A stretch of 64,000 nt of DNA from Patescibacteria group bacterium (GTDB lineage Bacteria > Patescibacteriota > Minisyncoccia > Phycocordibacterales > UBA918). The stretch is taken from assembly GCA_038065355.1 (NCBI GenBank), contig JBBTRC010000010.1:11452-75451 (forward strand). Direction: 5' to 3'. The translations under genes and the position numbers were made by a program. The notes below the pieces were generated by a model. The model had not been told where the DNA came from. It saw only the letters and a program-made list of their open reading frames with translations, and did not search any database. This document shows, one piece after another, positions 10,801-20,033 of the stretch (positions within the stretch are counted from its first letter, which is position 1; every line of letters starts with the position of its first letter).

Positions 10801-13800
10801 TTAAATTTCCTCTGACGCAGGCACTACCTCAACGGTCAGCTCTTGATTGAAGACGGTTCCGGTAATCGGCTCACGACAGCTCAAGAGGTACTTGCTGGTG
10901 CTGTAGAGCGCACCGGTCGAGGCGCTATTCGCGTAGGTGAGCGGATGGTTGACCGACGCATCGAAACTGTCACTAACGCCGCCGGGACCCTGCACGGTGC
11001 AGTTGAGCGGATAGGCGGTATGAGCGCTCCACGATACGGTCGCCGCTTGTCCGGGGCGCAAGAGCGTCTGCGTTGAGGTGAGTGTCAAAGGAGGTTGTGG
11101 TACTGGCAAGGTGATAGATGTCGTCCGCGCGTTGTTCAGAGGATAATTCTGATCTGCTTCAGGATAGGTGTCGTACCCAGGGAAAGGCAAGCCGGGCGCG
11201 TCCATATTGATGCGCGAGAGCAGTGTGTGCGTGCCAAACGGCACCCCGTCAAATGCACGCCCCAGCCAGTTGGAAGACGTAAGTGGCGATATGATACCGC
11301 TACTAAAGGTTCCTATGCCGGCGGTACTTTCCATCGTGGCATTGACGCCAAAGGTGGTTTGATACACGCCGCCAAATTGCAGCTGAGCTCGGTATGAGAC
11401 TTGATCGCCGGCATACAGATCGCCCGGCCCGAGGTTGTCAATTACCATAAGTGCGTCGATGCTATCGTACATGCCAAGCACGGCGTCCGCGATGGCGCCA
11501 GTCGTGAGCATGCTTAGCGAGCCGGCTGCCAAATCAATCGACGGTTCACAATAATTTGTAGTGGGGTTCTTTCTTTGTCCGGGTGGGAAAGAGATTGATT
11601 GACCAAACGTGGGGCTGGCTGGATCGTTATCGATACATTGACCAGAAGAAATTGAACTTGTAGACGTTATCGGCACGCCACCATTGCCGACTACCACCGT
11701 CACATCACTGTTGTCGGCTTGACCGTCTAGACTGCGAGTACAAGTAATAGAGAACACGGTCGTGCTTGCCGAAAGCTGGAAGTTTTGAACAAAGTTGATC
11801 CGGTTGTTGACCGCCGAAAATTGAGCGCCCGGCGGTGTAGCAACCGCGTTAGTACAAGTGTCGGATGGGTTGAGATTGTCTCCGGTCCAAGCGAGGTCAA
11901 TCGTCGTTGGCTGTACCAGTGGGTCGTAGGGAATAGTAACAGTGCCACCGTCACCAGTACCGAACAATACTTTGTTGAAGCGACAACGTTCGGAGCCAGA
12001 GGCAACGCAGGTCATCCGCAGTTGATCTCCGTCGTTTAAGGCAACGCTCGGAATCTTGAAGATTCGCTGGGTGCTCTGGACGCAGGAACTCGAGTTTGAG
12101 GTGGGGTCATTTGAAGTCCAGATGGCACCTGGTATCTGTGTGCCGTTAAGGGCTAGGCTGAAAGTTGAAGAGCCGTTGTTTTGGTCGCAGTACCTGACTT
12201 GGATATCGTACGTGCCACTGCCACCAAGTGGGTGCGCAAATGGGAAAGTCACACCAGTCGTTCGATTAGTACCGCAACTTTGGTAATAGCCAGAACCGTT
12301 TAAAGTTATAAGTCCTGAACAGACTTTGCTGGTACCAGTGTTAAAAACTTCGGTGCCAGTAAGCTCCTCGGCTAGCGCGTACATATTGGTCTTCACCGCA
12401 GTACTACTAGCAGTCGAGGCCAACACTACGACCGTCGTTGTCGCCCATGCTTGTGCCCCTAGGTATTGCGGCGAAGTAGGAGGACTGTACAAGAGGTCGT
12501 ACGGACGCGAGCAGTAGGCTACGAAACGTGTCGAGGTAGAGATGAGTACATTGTTCAAAGTAGTGGTGCCACTACCGGCATGTATGACGCCGCCGCTTAC
12601 ACCGGTAATAGTGTACGAGGTGTTGTCGAGTCGTTTGGTCGTGATCGTGCAGTACTGAGCATTTTGTGCTGCCATCGTAATTTGGGTAACGGCCAGGCCG
12701 GTTTGCGCCGACTTGGTGCTAGTAGCCGGATTGGCGGTGATGCTCACCACCGCCGGCGGCACTGAAGAGCGTCCGGCTGATGATGACGCGTTTACCACCA
12801 CCGTAATCTGATCACTGCTTGAGGTAGCTGGGTAGCTGACTCCGTTAAAGGTGCTGGCTGGTCTGGAGCAAATGATTCGAAAGTCGGTGGTTGTCGCAAT
12901 AGTAATTGAAGTGAAGTTGCCACTAGTGAGCGCGGACGCTTGTCCGTACCCGCTCGGATTGGGACTCATGAGCGAGCCATTTTGGTAGGCGCGGTACTGA
13001 CAACTGCTCACATTTGCCGAGGTGAACTGCAGATTAGCAAACGCCCAGCCGAGAATAGGGTCGGGTGACGCAAAGTAGACAGGATCACTGCCGGGCAATG
13101 TGCTTGTGATCGTTACATTCGGCGACCCGGGTGGTGGTGGATTGGTGAGTACAATATCCACAGCGGCCACGGCCGAAGTACTCGCCACGTCGTTGAAACA
13201 TTGAATAAAGAACGTGCCGGACTCGGTGATGTGGTTGTTTGCTAAATCGTACGGATTGCCGCCGTTCAGACCGACATAACTATTGCTGGAAGCAAAGATG
13301 GGTACGCCGGGATTCGAGACAGTTTCAAACCACACCTTCGAACAGCGAGTGGCGAGCTGGCTGGTCCACGACACATCGAGTGGGCGCGCGTATCCAACGA
13401 CGGCATCAAAGGTGGTAGTGCCCGCCGGCGACGTCGTGATCGTGATGATCGGATCAACGGTCACGATCACTGGCTGTGCGCTACCACCTGTACAGGTAAG
13501 TGAATAGCTGATGCTGGCATTGGTCGGTGGTGTGACCTGCATTGTGCCACTGGTGGGTAAAGTTGGAACCGGAACAGTAAATGTATTCTGCCCGTCGGAG
13601 ATAACACAATTTGATACGTGGCCGTCTAAATACCAGCCAAGGTCGACCGGCGTACCGTTCAGAATGGCCGCGCTGGAGCCGCCGTTTACTGTCAACACAA
13701 CTTGATTGGGCACGTGGGATGCGAACGCGGGGATGGCCGAAAAGAAGTACAAAAACAGAATTCCACCGACGACCACGAGAAATGGGTTAAGGTATCGTTT

Positions 13801-13827
13801 AGTGACTGACATAGTGAAGTGGCTCAT
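10801..13827 (-). CDS. very large secreted/surface protein, Thr/Ser/Gly/Asn-rich (about 1008 aa)
   Basis: N-terminal signal/TM (MSHFTMSVTKRYLNPFLVVVGGILFLYFFSAIPAFA), long low-complexity beta-rich body; start placed at internal Met 2 nt after the upstream gene stop. Confidence 0.6.
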   Translation of the reverse strand: MSHFTMSVTKRYLNPFLVVVGGILFLYFFSAIPAFASHVPNQVVLTVNGGSSAAILNGTPVDLGWYLDGHVSNCVISDGQNTFTVPVPTLPTSGTMQVTPPTNASISYSLTCTGGSAQPVIVTVDPIITITTSPAGTTTFDAVVGYARPLDVSWTSQLATRCSKVWFETVSNPGVPIFASSNSYVGLNGGNPYDLANNHITESGTFFIQCFNDVASTSAVAAVDIVLTNPPPPGSPNVTITSTLPGSDPVYFASPDPILGWAFANLQFTSANVSSCQYRAYQNGSLMSPNPSGYGQASALTSGNFTSITIATTTDFRIICSRPASTFNGVSYPATSSSDQITVVVNASSSAGRSSVPPAVVSITANPATSTKSAQTGLAVTQITMAAQNAQYCTITTKRLDNTSYTITGVSGGVIHAGSGTTTLNNVLISTSTRFVAYCSRPYDLLYSPPTSPQYLGAQAWATTTVVVLASTASSTAVKTNMYALAEELTGTEVFNTGTSKVCSGLITLNGSGYYQSCGTNRTTGVTFPFAHPLGGSGTYDIQVRYCDQNNGSSTFSLALNGTQIPGAIWTSNDPTSNSSSCVQSTQRIFKIPSVALNDGDQLRMTCVASGSERCRFNKVLFGTGDGGTVTIPYDPLVQPTTIDLAWTGDNLNPSDTCTNAVATPPGAQFSAVNNRINFVQNFQLSASTTVFSITCTRSLDGQADNSDVTVVVGNGGVPITSTSSISSGQCIDNDPASPTFGQSISFPPGQRKNPTTNYCEPSIDLAAGSLSMLTTGAIADAVLGMYDSIDALMVIDNLGPGDLYAGDQVSYRAQLQFGGVYQTTFGVNATMESTAGIGTFSSGIISPLTSSNWLGRAFDGVPFGTHTLLSRINMDAPGLPFPGYDTYPEADQNYPLNNARTTSITLPVPQPPLTLTSTQTLLRPGQAATVSWSAHTAYPLNCTVQGPGGVSDSFDASVNHPLTYANSASTGALYSTSKYLLSCREPITGTVFNQELTVEVVPASEEI

Positions 13828-13829
13828 AA

Positions 13830-15287
13830 TTATGGTAATTCGCTTGGTGGCGCTTTTATGCGTTCTCTTCGCACCTCTGGTTCGAGGCGGCGCAGCATAA
13901 TCCACATGAGTAAAGCTGCTGCCATGACGATACCGGCATAGAACCAAAACGATTCACGGACGGGTTGTTCCGATACAAAATTGTTGACCGTTTTTCCAAG
14001 CGCTTCGGCGCAGGCATCAAGCGCTTCGCAAGCAAAGGTCTCTGTGTGCTTTTGGAGCCCCACCCAGTTGGAGGAAGTGTCCTCGGTCGGTCTTGTTGCA
14101 CTATCGGCCAGATCGCCAAAGCGCCGATCAAGCAGTTCGGAGTACAGTGTGAAGTTATGTAGCGTTACGTTGGGGCGTACCCGAACAAAGTCATAGCCGG
14201 TGAATTCGTCGTAGCCAAAAGTTTGTTGGAAGACCTGATCGCCGGTGGTGTCGGTCAACACAAAGCGGAGTGCAATCGGATCAGTCGGAGCTAAGGTGCC
14301 GTCATCACCACCTACTACATCAAAACAAGCCACCAGCGAGGAGTCGCGTTGCACTGGATAATCGGACAGGCCGATTACCGACACGTAATTAAACGTCGTG
14401 TTGCCGGTGGTGCCCCGAAATTCAATGGGGACGGACACGAGCGGTTGCAGAGTGTTCGCAGTGTGAAGAGTGGCATAGAGTGTGTAGCGACCGCCGACAA
14501 AAAATCGTTCCGAAAATTCCGTGGTGCGCGTGGCGCCAGGGATCAGGCGAACCGAATCAGACTTTTCTGAAGTCACGGCAGTGCCAAGCGGAACCGCGCC
14601 TTCCGTCAGCACGAGCCTGATTTCACTGTCGATAAGTGGTAAGGTGGCCTTGTTGGTAGTTTGTACACTGGCGGAAACGGGAGTGCCGAGAGTAAGAGCG
14701 ACAGTTTTTCCTTTCGCAACTGCCACGTCGTTAATCTTCGCAGTAATAACAACCGGGGAAGAAGCAACTCCTTGTTTGATGAGCGTTCCGGCACTCTGCT
14801 TCTTTGCGGTGTTGAGCGCATGGCCGAGTAGGGTAGTTTCGTTCCCCTGTATCACAAACACCCGATACGCGTAGGTGCCCGGTACTACACTGGTGGTGGT
14901 AAGAGAGAAAGGGATTTCAATGAGTTCGTGCGCCCGCAAAGTAAGCTCGTCGGGTAAGACGACAAAGTAGGCGGGCACTGTATCGTCTTCTCTTTGATAC
15001 ACCGCAACACCGATTCGCACACCACCGAGTGTGAATTCGCTTTGGTTCGTGATGCTCACGTAATCATTCCACGAGTCGCCGACCATTTGCTCTGCTTCTT
15101 GACCGATGATGACTGCACTAAGGTTGCCGCCGATTGGACACAAGGAGAGTGATTCGTCGGCTCCGGCGGTAGTTTCTGCGTGCACAGTCGAAACGCTCGG
15201 CGCGTAGAGCAGGAGTGAACTGCAAAACGTGAGCAAAATACCAGCCGAAATTTTTTTTAAGATCATATATACACCAACCGACGCCAT
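13830..15287 (-). CDS. secreted protein with signal peptide and C-terminal membrane anchor (485 aa)
   Basis: N-terminal signal peptide ...VSTVHA, C-terminal TM FWFYAGIVMAAALLMWIML followed by basic tail; co-transcribed with the 1008-aa protein. Confidence 0.6.
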   Translation of the reverse strand: MASVGVYMILKKISAGILLTFCSSLLLYAPSVSTVHAETTAGADESLSLCPIGGNLSAVIIGQEAEQMVGDSWNDYVSITNQSEFTLGGVRIGVAVYQREDDTVPAYFVVLPDELTLRAHELIEIPFSLTTTSVVPGTYAYRVFVIQGNETTLLGHALNTAKKQSAGTLIKQGVASSPVVITAKINDVAVAKGKTVALTLGTPVSASVQTTNKATLPLIDSEIRLVLTEGAVPLGTAVTSEKSDSVRLIPGATRTTEFSERFFVGGRYTLYATLHTANTLQPLVSVPIEFRGTTGNTTFNYVSVIGLSDYPVQRDSSLVACFDVVGGDDGTLAPTDPIALRFVLTDTTGDQVFQQTFGYDEFTGYDFVRVRPNVTLHNFTLYSELLDRRFGDLADSATRPTEDTSSNWVGLQKHTETFACEALDACAEALGKTVNNFVSEQPVRESFWFYAGIVMAAALLMWIMLRRLEPEVRRERIKAPPSELP

Positions 15288-15398
15288 TTCTGACGAGGAC
15301 TATTATCAATATAATACGATAATTTGACGCTGTTGGTATTCTGTTATGCACATAACCAGCGTGGTGCGACCCTTCGGCTGAACTCGTATAATGTATCT

Positions 15399-16700
15399 AT
15401 GGACAATCTTCGTCGCGCCCTAAAAAATTTCATCCCAAAATCTCTTTTTCGTCTTTTGCAACCGTACTACCACTTTGGACTGGCTCTGTTCGGCGCGGTC
15501 ATTTATCATTTTCCCTCAAAGCAACTCGTCGTTATCGGCGTCACCGGCACCAAAGGAAAATCGACCACGACTGAAATCCTTGGCCATCTCCTCCGCGCTC
15601 ATGGCGCCCGCGTGGCGACGCTCTCAACGATTCAATTCACTATCGGTGACAAAACAGAGCGAAACCTGCACAAGATGACCATGCCCGGCCGCTTCTTTGT
15701 GCAGAAATTTTTACACACCGCCGTGCTGGCTGGCTGTACCCACGCGGTCATCGAAATGACTTCCGAGGGTGTGGCACAGCACCGTCACCGTTTCATCGAC
15801 CTCGATGCACTCGTGTTCACAAACTTGTCTCCAGAACACATTGAATCGCATGGTTCGTTTGAAAAATACAAACAGATGAAATTGTCACTAGCGAAAGCAG
15901 TCGAGAAGTCACCGAAACGGCCGCGGTACCTGGTCGCCAACATCGATGACGAGCATGGGCAGGATTTTCTCAACTTCAACGTTGAGAAAATCCTGCCCTA
16001 CTCCCTCAAAGACCTAACCCTCTACACACTCCAGAAAGACAGTAGTAGCCTGGTTATCGGCGATACCACCATTCGCGTGCCGCTCATTGGACTGTTTAAC
16101 GTGTACAACACGCTGGCCGCTCTCACGCTTGTGCGAGCGCTCGGCATGAGTCTCGAATCTATACGCGACGCCCTGCGTCAACTTCCAACAATAGCCGGTC
16201 GGGTAGAAAAATTCGCCAGTCCGAACGGAGTCTACAAACGCGTCACGGCCGTAGTTGACTACGCGCACACGCCGGACTCGCTAGAGAAGCTCTACCAGGC
16301 CTTCCCTGACAAACCAAAAATCTGCGTGCTTGGCAACACCGGCGGCGGCCGCGACACATGGAAACGTCCCGAGATGGCCGCCATCGCCGAAAAATACTGT
16401 ACGCATATTATTCTTACCAACGAAGATCCGTACGACGAAGATCCACTGAAGATCGTTGCCGACATGGCCAAAGGCATTCACAACGAATCCCGGCTGACCA
16501 TAGAACTCGATCGAACGACTGCTATTGAAAAAGCCATCGCGCTGGCAGAAGACGACAGTTACGTGCTCATTACCGGCAAAGGCACTGACCCCTACATCAT
16601 GGGTCCAAGAGGAGAAAAAACTCCGTGGAGCGACGCTGACACGGTAAAAAAAATACTCGCCGACCTCTCCACTACCGCCTCGGCACCAGCACCTCAGTAA
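15399..16700 (+). CDS. Mur ligase family protein (MurE-like UDP-MurNAc-tripeptide synthetase), lacking the usual N-terminal domain
   Basis: VIGVTGTKGKSTTTE P-loop, EMTSEG...FTNLSPEHIESHG...KY, DYAHTPDSL, LGNTGGGRD motifs of MurE; ORF extends upstream to 15324, likely start MDNLRR. Confidence 0.65.
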   Translation: MDNLRRALKNFIPKSLFRLLQPYYHFGLALFGAVIYHFPSKQLVVIGVTGTKGKSTTTEILGHLLRAHGARVATLSTIQFTIGDKTERNLHKMTMPGRFFVQKFLHTAVLAGCTHAVIEMTSEGVAQHRHRFIDLDALVFTNLSPEHIESHGSFEKYKQMKLSLAKAVEKSPKRPRYLVANIDDEHGQDFLNFNVEKILPYSLKDLTLYTLQKDSSSLVIGDTTIRVPLIGLFNVYNTLAALTLVRALGMSLESIRDALRQLPTIAGRVEKFASPNGVYKRVTAVVDYAHTPDSLEKLYQAFPDKPKICVLGNTGGGRDTWKRPEMAAIAEKYCTHIILTNEDPYDEDPLKIVADMAKGIHNESRLTIELDRTTAIEKAIALAEDDSYVLITGKGTDPYIMGPRGEKTPWSDADTVKKILADLSTTASAPAPQ

Positions 16701-18177
16701 CTTCCCAAAACTCACCGCGCGCCACCACCGTCGGTGTCACAATATTTCCAGCTGGGGTAACGAGCTTGCTCGGTGCATAGCTGGCCGCCACGGCGATATA
16801 TGTTTGATTCCAAATTGCCTGAATGCGAAGCGAAGTATCGAGTTGGTGCCAAAAAGTTTTTGGTGTATGGAACCAACTGTGCGCGACGATATGCGCAACA
16901 AAGGGTGTATCGGGGCGTTCTTTGAGGAGCGTACGTACGCCGACCCCGGAAGCACTTTCAAAACAAAACAGGAGGCTGGGAACATTCTTTTCAAAATCCG
17001 CCTGACTGGTCTTCGGGCCAACTTCGTACGACATAACCTCCCCAACTTTCTTGGTGAGTTCGCGAAAGCCCAGAACGTTAAAAAGACTGGTGTATAGGTA
17101 AGGCATAAATTCACCCTGCGGCACTAGGTAGCGTTTGTGCGCGATGTACTGCTTTTTTTGGCCAGCGTCGTAAATCGTAGCTTCTAGCACTGGGTTCGTG
17201 GCCACATCTTCCGCTCGTCCGCTGTCGACGACGACTGCCGTTGAGGTCGGGTAGCGGAAAGAAAAAAACTTAGTGCCAAAGGTCGCGTCTTCCCGCTGAC
17301 TAAAGTAGCGCGTGTCTTCAGGCAAAAGTATGTAGTCGGCACCGCTCCCTACCGCCGCCGTGACCGCTTCTTCGAGGACCGTCGAGAGGGTATCTGCCTC
17401 CGATCGCTCAAACAGTCGCGCAATCGGATAGTCTGTGTGCACCAACGCGACTTTGTGCGCTGTCTCCGGCGTCGCTGGCTCGGCGACCACTAGGTGCGCT
17501 GAAAGTACGAGCACGAGTGCCGCCACGATTACACCCACACGAAAAGCCAGACCTCTCATCCATACGAGAAGAAGTACAACGGCGAAGAGTGCGGCCAGAT
17601 ACGAAAGTCCGTACACGCCGGCCAACCGCGCTCCCTCTGCCAGTAGTCCGTGTTCGGCGAGCAAGTTGCCCACGTAGCCGAGACTAAAGTACGCGTTTGG
17701 CGAGGCGCCTGGGCCAAACGTCCCCACCGAAAGTACGAGCGAGCCGACCACTTCACCAGCCAGCCAGAATAAAGGCACTACAAAAACGGACGCCACGTAC
17801 GAAATGGGTGCGATACGTTTCCAAGCGTACGCCAATCCACCACACACCACTCCCCCGCATCCCAAAAAGAACGCAACCGTGAACCAGTAGAGAAATATGA
17901 GCGCCAGTTTGCCTTGACCAAAATCAAACGGGAGCCAATCCATCGGGTACATGCTCCAGTAGAAACTAAGTACAAATAGATACTTTATCGTCCAGGCCAG
18001 GAGTGAACCGAGGAGCACTACTCGCCATGTTTTTGAGTGGTAGACAGTATAAATATGCAGTGCGATTCCAACGATTCCAACGAGCCACAGCTCTGGAACT
18101 ACAAACGGCACGCCGAGCAATATGCCGACCGTGACCCAGTTCTTAACGTGTGCGAATGATGTCATGGTAGAGCACAA
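16672..18177 (-). CDS. lnt: apolipoprotein N-acyltransferase-like (polytopic membrane + CN-hydrolase domain)
   Basis: about 6 N-terminal TM helices followed by a nitrilase/CN-hydrolase-like domain (ALVHTDYP... ADYILLPED). Confidence 0.55.
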   Translation of the reverse strand: MCSTMTSFAHVKNWVTVGILLGVPFVVPELWLVGIVGIALHIYTVYHSKTWRVVLLGSLLAWTIKYLFVLSFYWSMYPMDWLPFDFGQGKLALIFLYWFTVAFFLGCGGVVCGGLAYAWKRIAPISYVASVFVVPLFWLAGEVVGSLVLSVGTFGPGASPNAYFSLGYVGNLLAEHGLLAEGARLAGVYGLSYLAALFAVVLLLVWMRGLAFRVGVIVAALVLVLSAHLVVAEPATPETAHKVALVHTDYPIARLFERSEADTLSTVLEEAVTAAVGSGADYILLPEDTRYFSQREDATFGTKFFSFRYPTSTAVVVDSGRAEDVATNPVLEATIYDAGQKKQYIAHKRYLVPQGEFMPYLYTSLFNVLGFRELTKKVGEVMSYEVGPKTSQADFEKNVPSLLFCFESASGVGVRTLLKERPDTPFVAHIVAHSWFHTPKTFWHQLDTSLRIQAIWNQTYIAVAASYAPSKLVTPAGNIVTPTVVARGEFWEVTEVLVPRR

Positions 18178-18613
18178 TTCCGGCGGCCACCGAGACGTTG
18201 AGCGACTCTTTTTGGCCGAGCATCGGAATATCTACTATTGTATCAACAAGGGCGAGTGCCTCCTCGGGGACACCTGTAACCTCGTTGCCGACAATGTATG
18301 CCACATCGTTCGGCGCGACAAAGTCAGAAAGAGAAAGACTGCGGGAAGATTGCTCAAGTGCGACCACGGTCACTCCCTCTCTCTGCAGGATGTGAATCAA
18401 TTCCTCAAGTGAAGAAACGTTCTCCCACGGCACACTCTCACTGGCACCGAGTGACGTTTTTTGGATTTCAGCCTGTACCCGCCCAAAGCGGTCGATGGGC
18501 GCCGGCGTGTACCCGCTTAAAAATACCTTGGACACGCCGGCGCCATCGGCACTACGAAAAATCGCCCCCACGTTGTACGCACTCCGAATATCATGCAGTA
18601 TGATGTATTTCAC
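18143..18613 (-). CDS. SpoU/TrmH-family RNA 2'-O-methyltransferase
   Basis: 156 aa; SPOUT motifs (IILHDIRSAYNVGAIFRSADGAG; YIVGNEVTGV; PMLGQKESLNVSVAAGIVLY). Confidence 0.75.
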   Translation of the reverse strand: MKYIILHDIRSAYNVGAIFRSADGAGVSKVFLSGYTPAPIDRFGRVQAEIQKTSLGASESVPWENVSSLEELIHILQREGVTVVALEQSSRSLSLSDFVAPNDVAYIVGNEVTGVPEEALALVDTIVDIPMLGQKESLNVSVAAGIVLYHDIIRTR

Positions 18614-18692
18614 GGCTGTAGCGTAACATATGCGCGAAAAGAGAAGTTTGATTTCAATTCATTTCGTGTTATAGTTTTTGCCACTTTGTTTT

Positions 18693-18873
18693 ACAAAGTT
18701 ATCCGCCCATAGCTCAGTTGGTAGGTTCGGGAGTATCCCATATTCCCTCACCCCACTTAAGGAGCCCGGTCGACAAAGTACAATTTAATATCCGCCCATG
18801 CTGTATGGTAGCGTGAGCAGTACCCCGCACTCCTCACCCCTTGATTAAGAAGGAGGAACGAACAATTTAATAT
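18693..18873 (+). repeat. two tandem degenerate copies of the tRNA-Lys 5' half plus its promoter-like leader (CAATTTAATAT-CCGCCCAT(A/G)GCT...)
   Basis: copies begin at 18703 and 18792 with CCGCCCATAGCTCAGTTGGTAG / CCGCCCATGCTGTATGGTAG, then diverge; neither has a 3' acceptor strand, so pseudo-tRNA. Confidence 0.5.
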
Positions 18874-18946
18874 CCGCCCATAGCTCAGTTGGTAGAGCGG
18901 CTCCCTTTTAAGGAGAAGGTCCCAGGTTCGAGCCCTGGTGGGCGGA
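18874..18946 (+). tRNA. tRNA-Lys (anticodon UUU)
   Basis: cloverleaf: acceptor CCGCCCA/TGGGCGG, D-stem GCTC/GAGC, anticodon loop CUUUUAA, T-loop TTCGAGC, discriminator A; CCA not encoded. Confidence 0.8.
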
Positions 18947-18994
18947 CAAAACATAGTTCACAACCATGCCATATACATCGGCTGATGGTAGGAT

Positions 18995-19516
18995 TTGATG
19001 GTGTCTAAACTAATTATTATTCGAGGAAATTCGGGTTCAGGTAAAAGCACTATCGCAAAAGCTGTACGCGAGCGAATTAACGAAAAAACCGCATTGGTAG
19101 AGCAAGACTATCTACGCAGATCAGTCCTTGGAGTGACTGGTAAAAGTGGGGACGACATTATCATGCTCATCGATCAGGTAGTACGTTTCTCCCTGGATCG
19201 TGGGTATGTCACAATCTTGGAAGGTATTCTACCTAAAGAATATTACGGCGAAATGTTGCTTCGTCTTGTTAATTACGCAGATAAGAGTTATGTGTTCTAT
19301 CTAGATATTCCAATCGAAGAAACTTTAGTGAGACACCAAACAAAACCTAACAGTCACGAATTCGGTGAAACCGAAATTCGAGACTGGTTCCGAGACAAAG
19401 ATTATCTTGGCATCGAGAATGAGGTCATAATCGACAGCTCGTCAACAATTCAAAATTCGGTTGAGACAACTTTGAGTAATCTTGGCGTTCCGACCATCAA
19501 AAGTCGCGCTTGTTAA
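18995..19516 (+). CDS. P-loop kinase (AAA_33/TmrB/zeta-toxin-like small kinase)
   Basis: GNSGSGKST Walker A near N-terminus, 173 aa; about 42% GC versus about 55% surroundings (horizontally acquired). Confidence 0.55.
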   Translation: MMVSKLIIIRGNSGSGKSTIAKAVRERINEKTALVEQDYLRRSVLGVTGKSGDDIIMLIDQVVRFSLDRGYVTILEGILPKEYYGEMLLRLVNYADKSYVFYLDIPIEETLVRHQTKPNSHEFGETEIRDWFRDKDYLGIENEVIIDSSSTIQNSVETTLSNLGVPTIKSRAC

Positions 19517-19530
19517 GAGAAATTTCCTTA

Positions 19531-20031
19531 TCACCACGGGCACTCAGTAGTCTCGGTACCTGGCACAATGCCCTGTCTGCCCCATACGAGTGCGTGATGT
19601 GACCAAAATTCACGACTCTTTTCCGGCATGACGTTGCCGCCCGGAAAGGAAGGTACCAACCGACCAATATAGGCAGTGTAAAGGAGATACGTCCCATCTT
19701 CTTGTTTTTTTAATTCAATCGTAATGTACGTGGTTGGTTCTGGCCGCCTGTCTTTTACGAATCGACTGTAACGGTCGCGAAACGGCCGTAACGCGTAGAC
19801 AATTTCGTCAGCTGAAGTTGTTTCGACCAAATCTGTCTCTCCGACAATTTGTCCCATATCCACTTCAAACCGAATATTTTGTGCGCTCACGTCAGTCATC
19901 TGTAACGCTTCCTTCACTAGCCCAAGGAGAGACGGTGTCGAGGCAAAGTGCGTCGCGGCATGCGAGTGTTCTGAGTCGTACACGACATTGAAACCATTTT
20001 TTGTTTTTGCGAGAAAAATTTCTTCCGTCAT
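19531..20031 (-). CDS. hypothetical protein (166 aa)
   Basis: long ORF, no recognisable motif; slightly low GC; convergent with the kinase gene. Confidence 0.35.
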   Translation of the reverse strand: MTEEIFLAKTKNGFNVVYDSEHSHAATHFASTPSLLGLVKEALQMTDVSAQNIRFEVDMGQIVGETDLVETTSADEIVYALRPFRDRYSRFVKDRRPEPTTYITIELKKQEDGTYLLYTAYIGRLVPSFPGGNVMPEKSREFWSHHALVWGRQGIVPGTETTECPW

Positions 20032-20033
20032 AT

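Noticed and set aside
18703-18780. First tRNA-like copy as a functional tRNA-Gly(CCC), since GGAGT-AUCCCAU-AUUCC forms an anticodon-arm-like hairpin
   Set aside because: The D-stem is mismatched and there is no 3' acceptor strand complementary to CCGCCCA. Treated as a pseudo-tRNA fragment.
18757-18954. 65-aa ORF on minus strand
   Set aside because: It lies antisense across the tRNA-Lys and its partial copies. The LYQLSYG string is the typical translation of an antisense tRNA.
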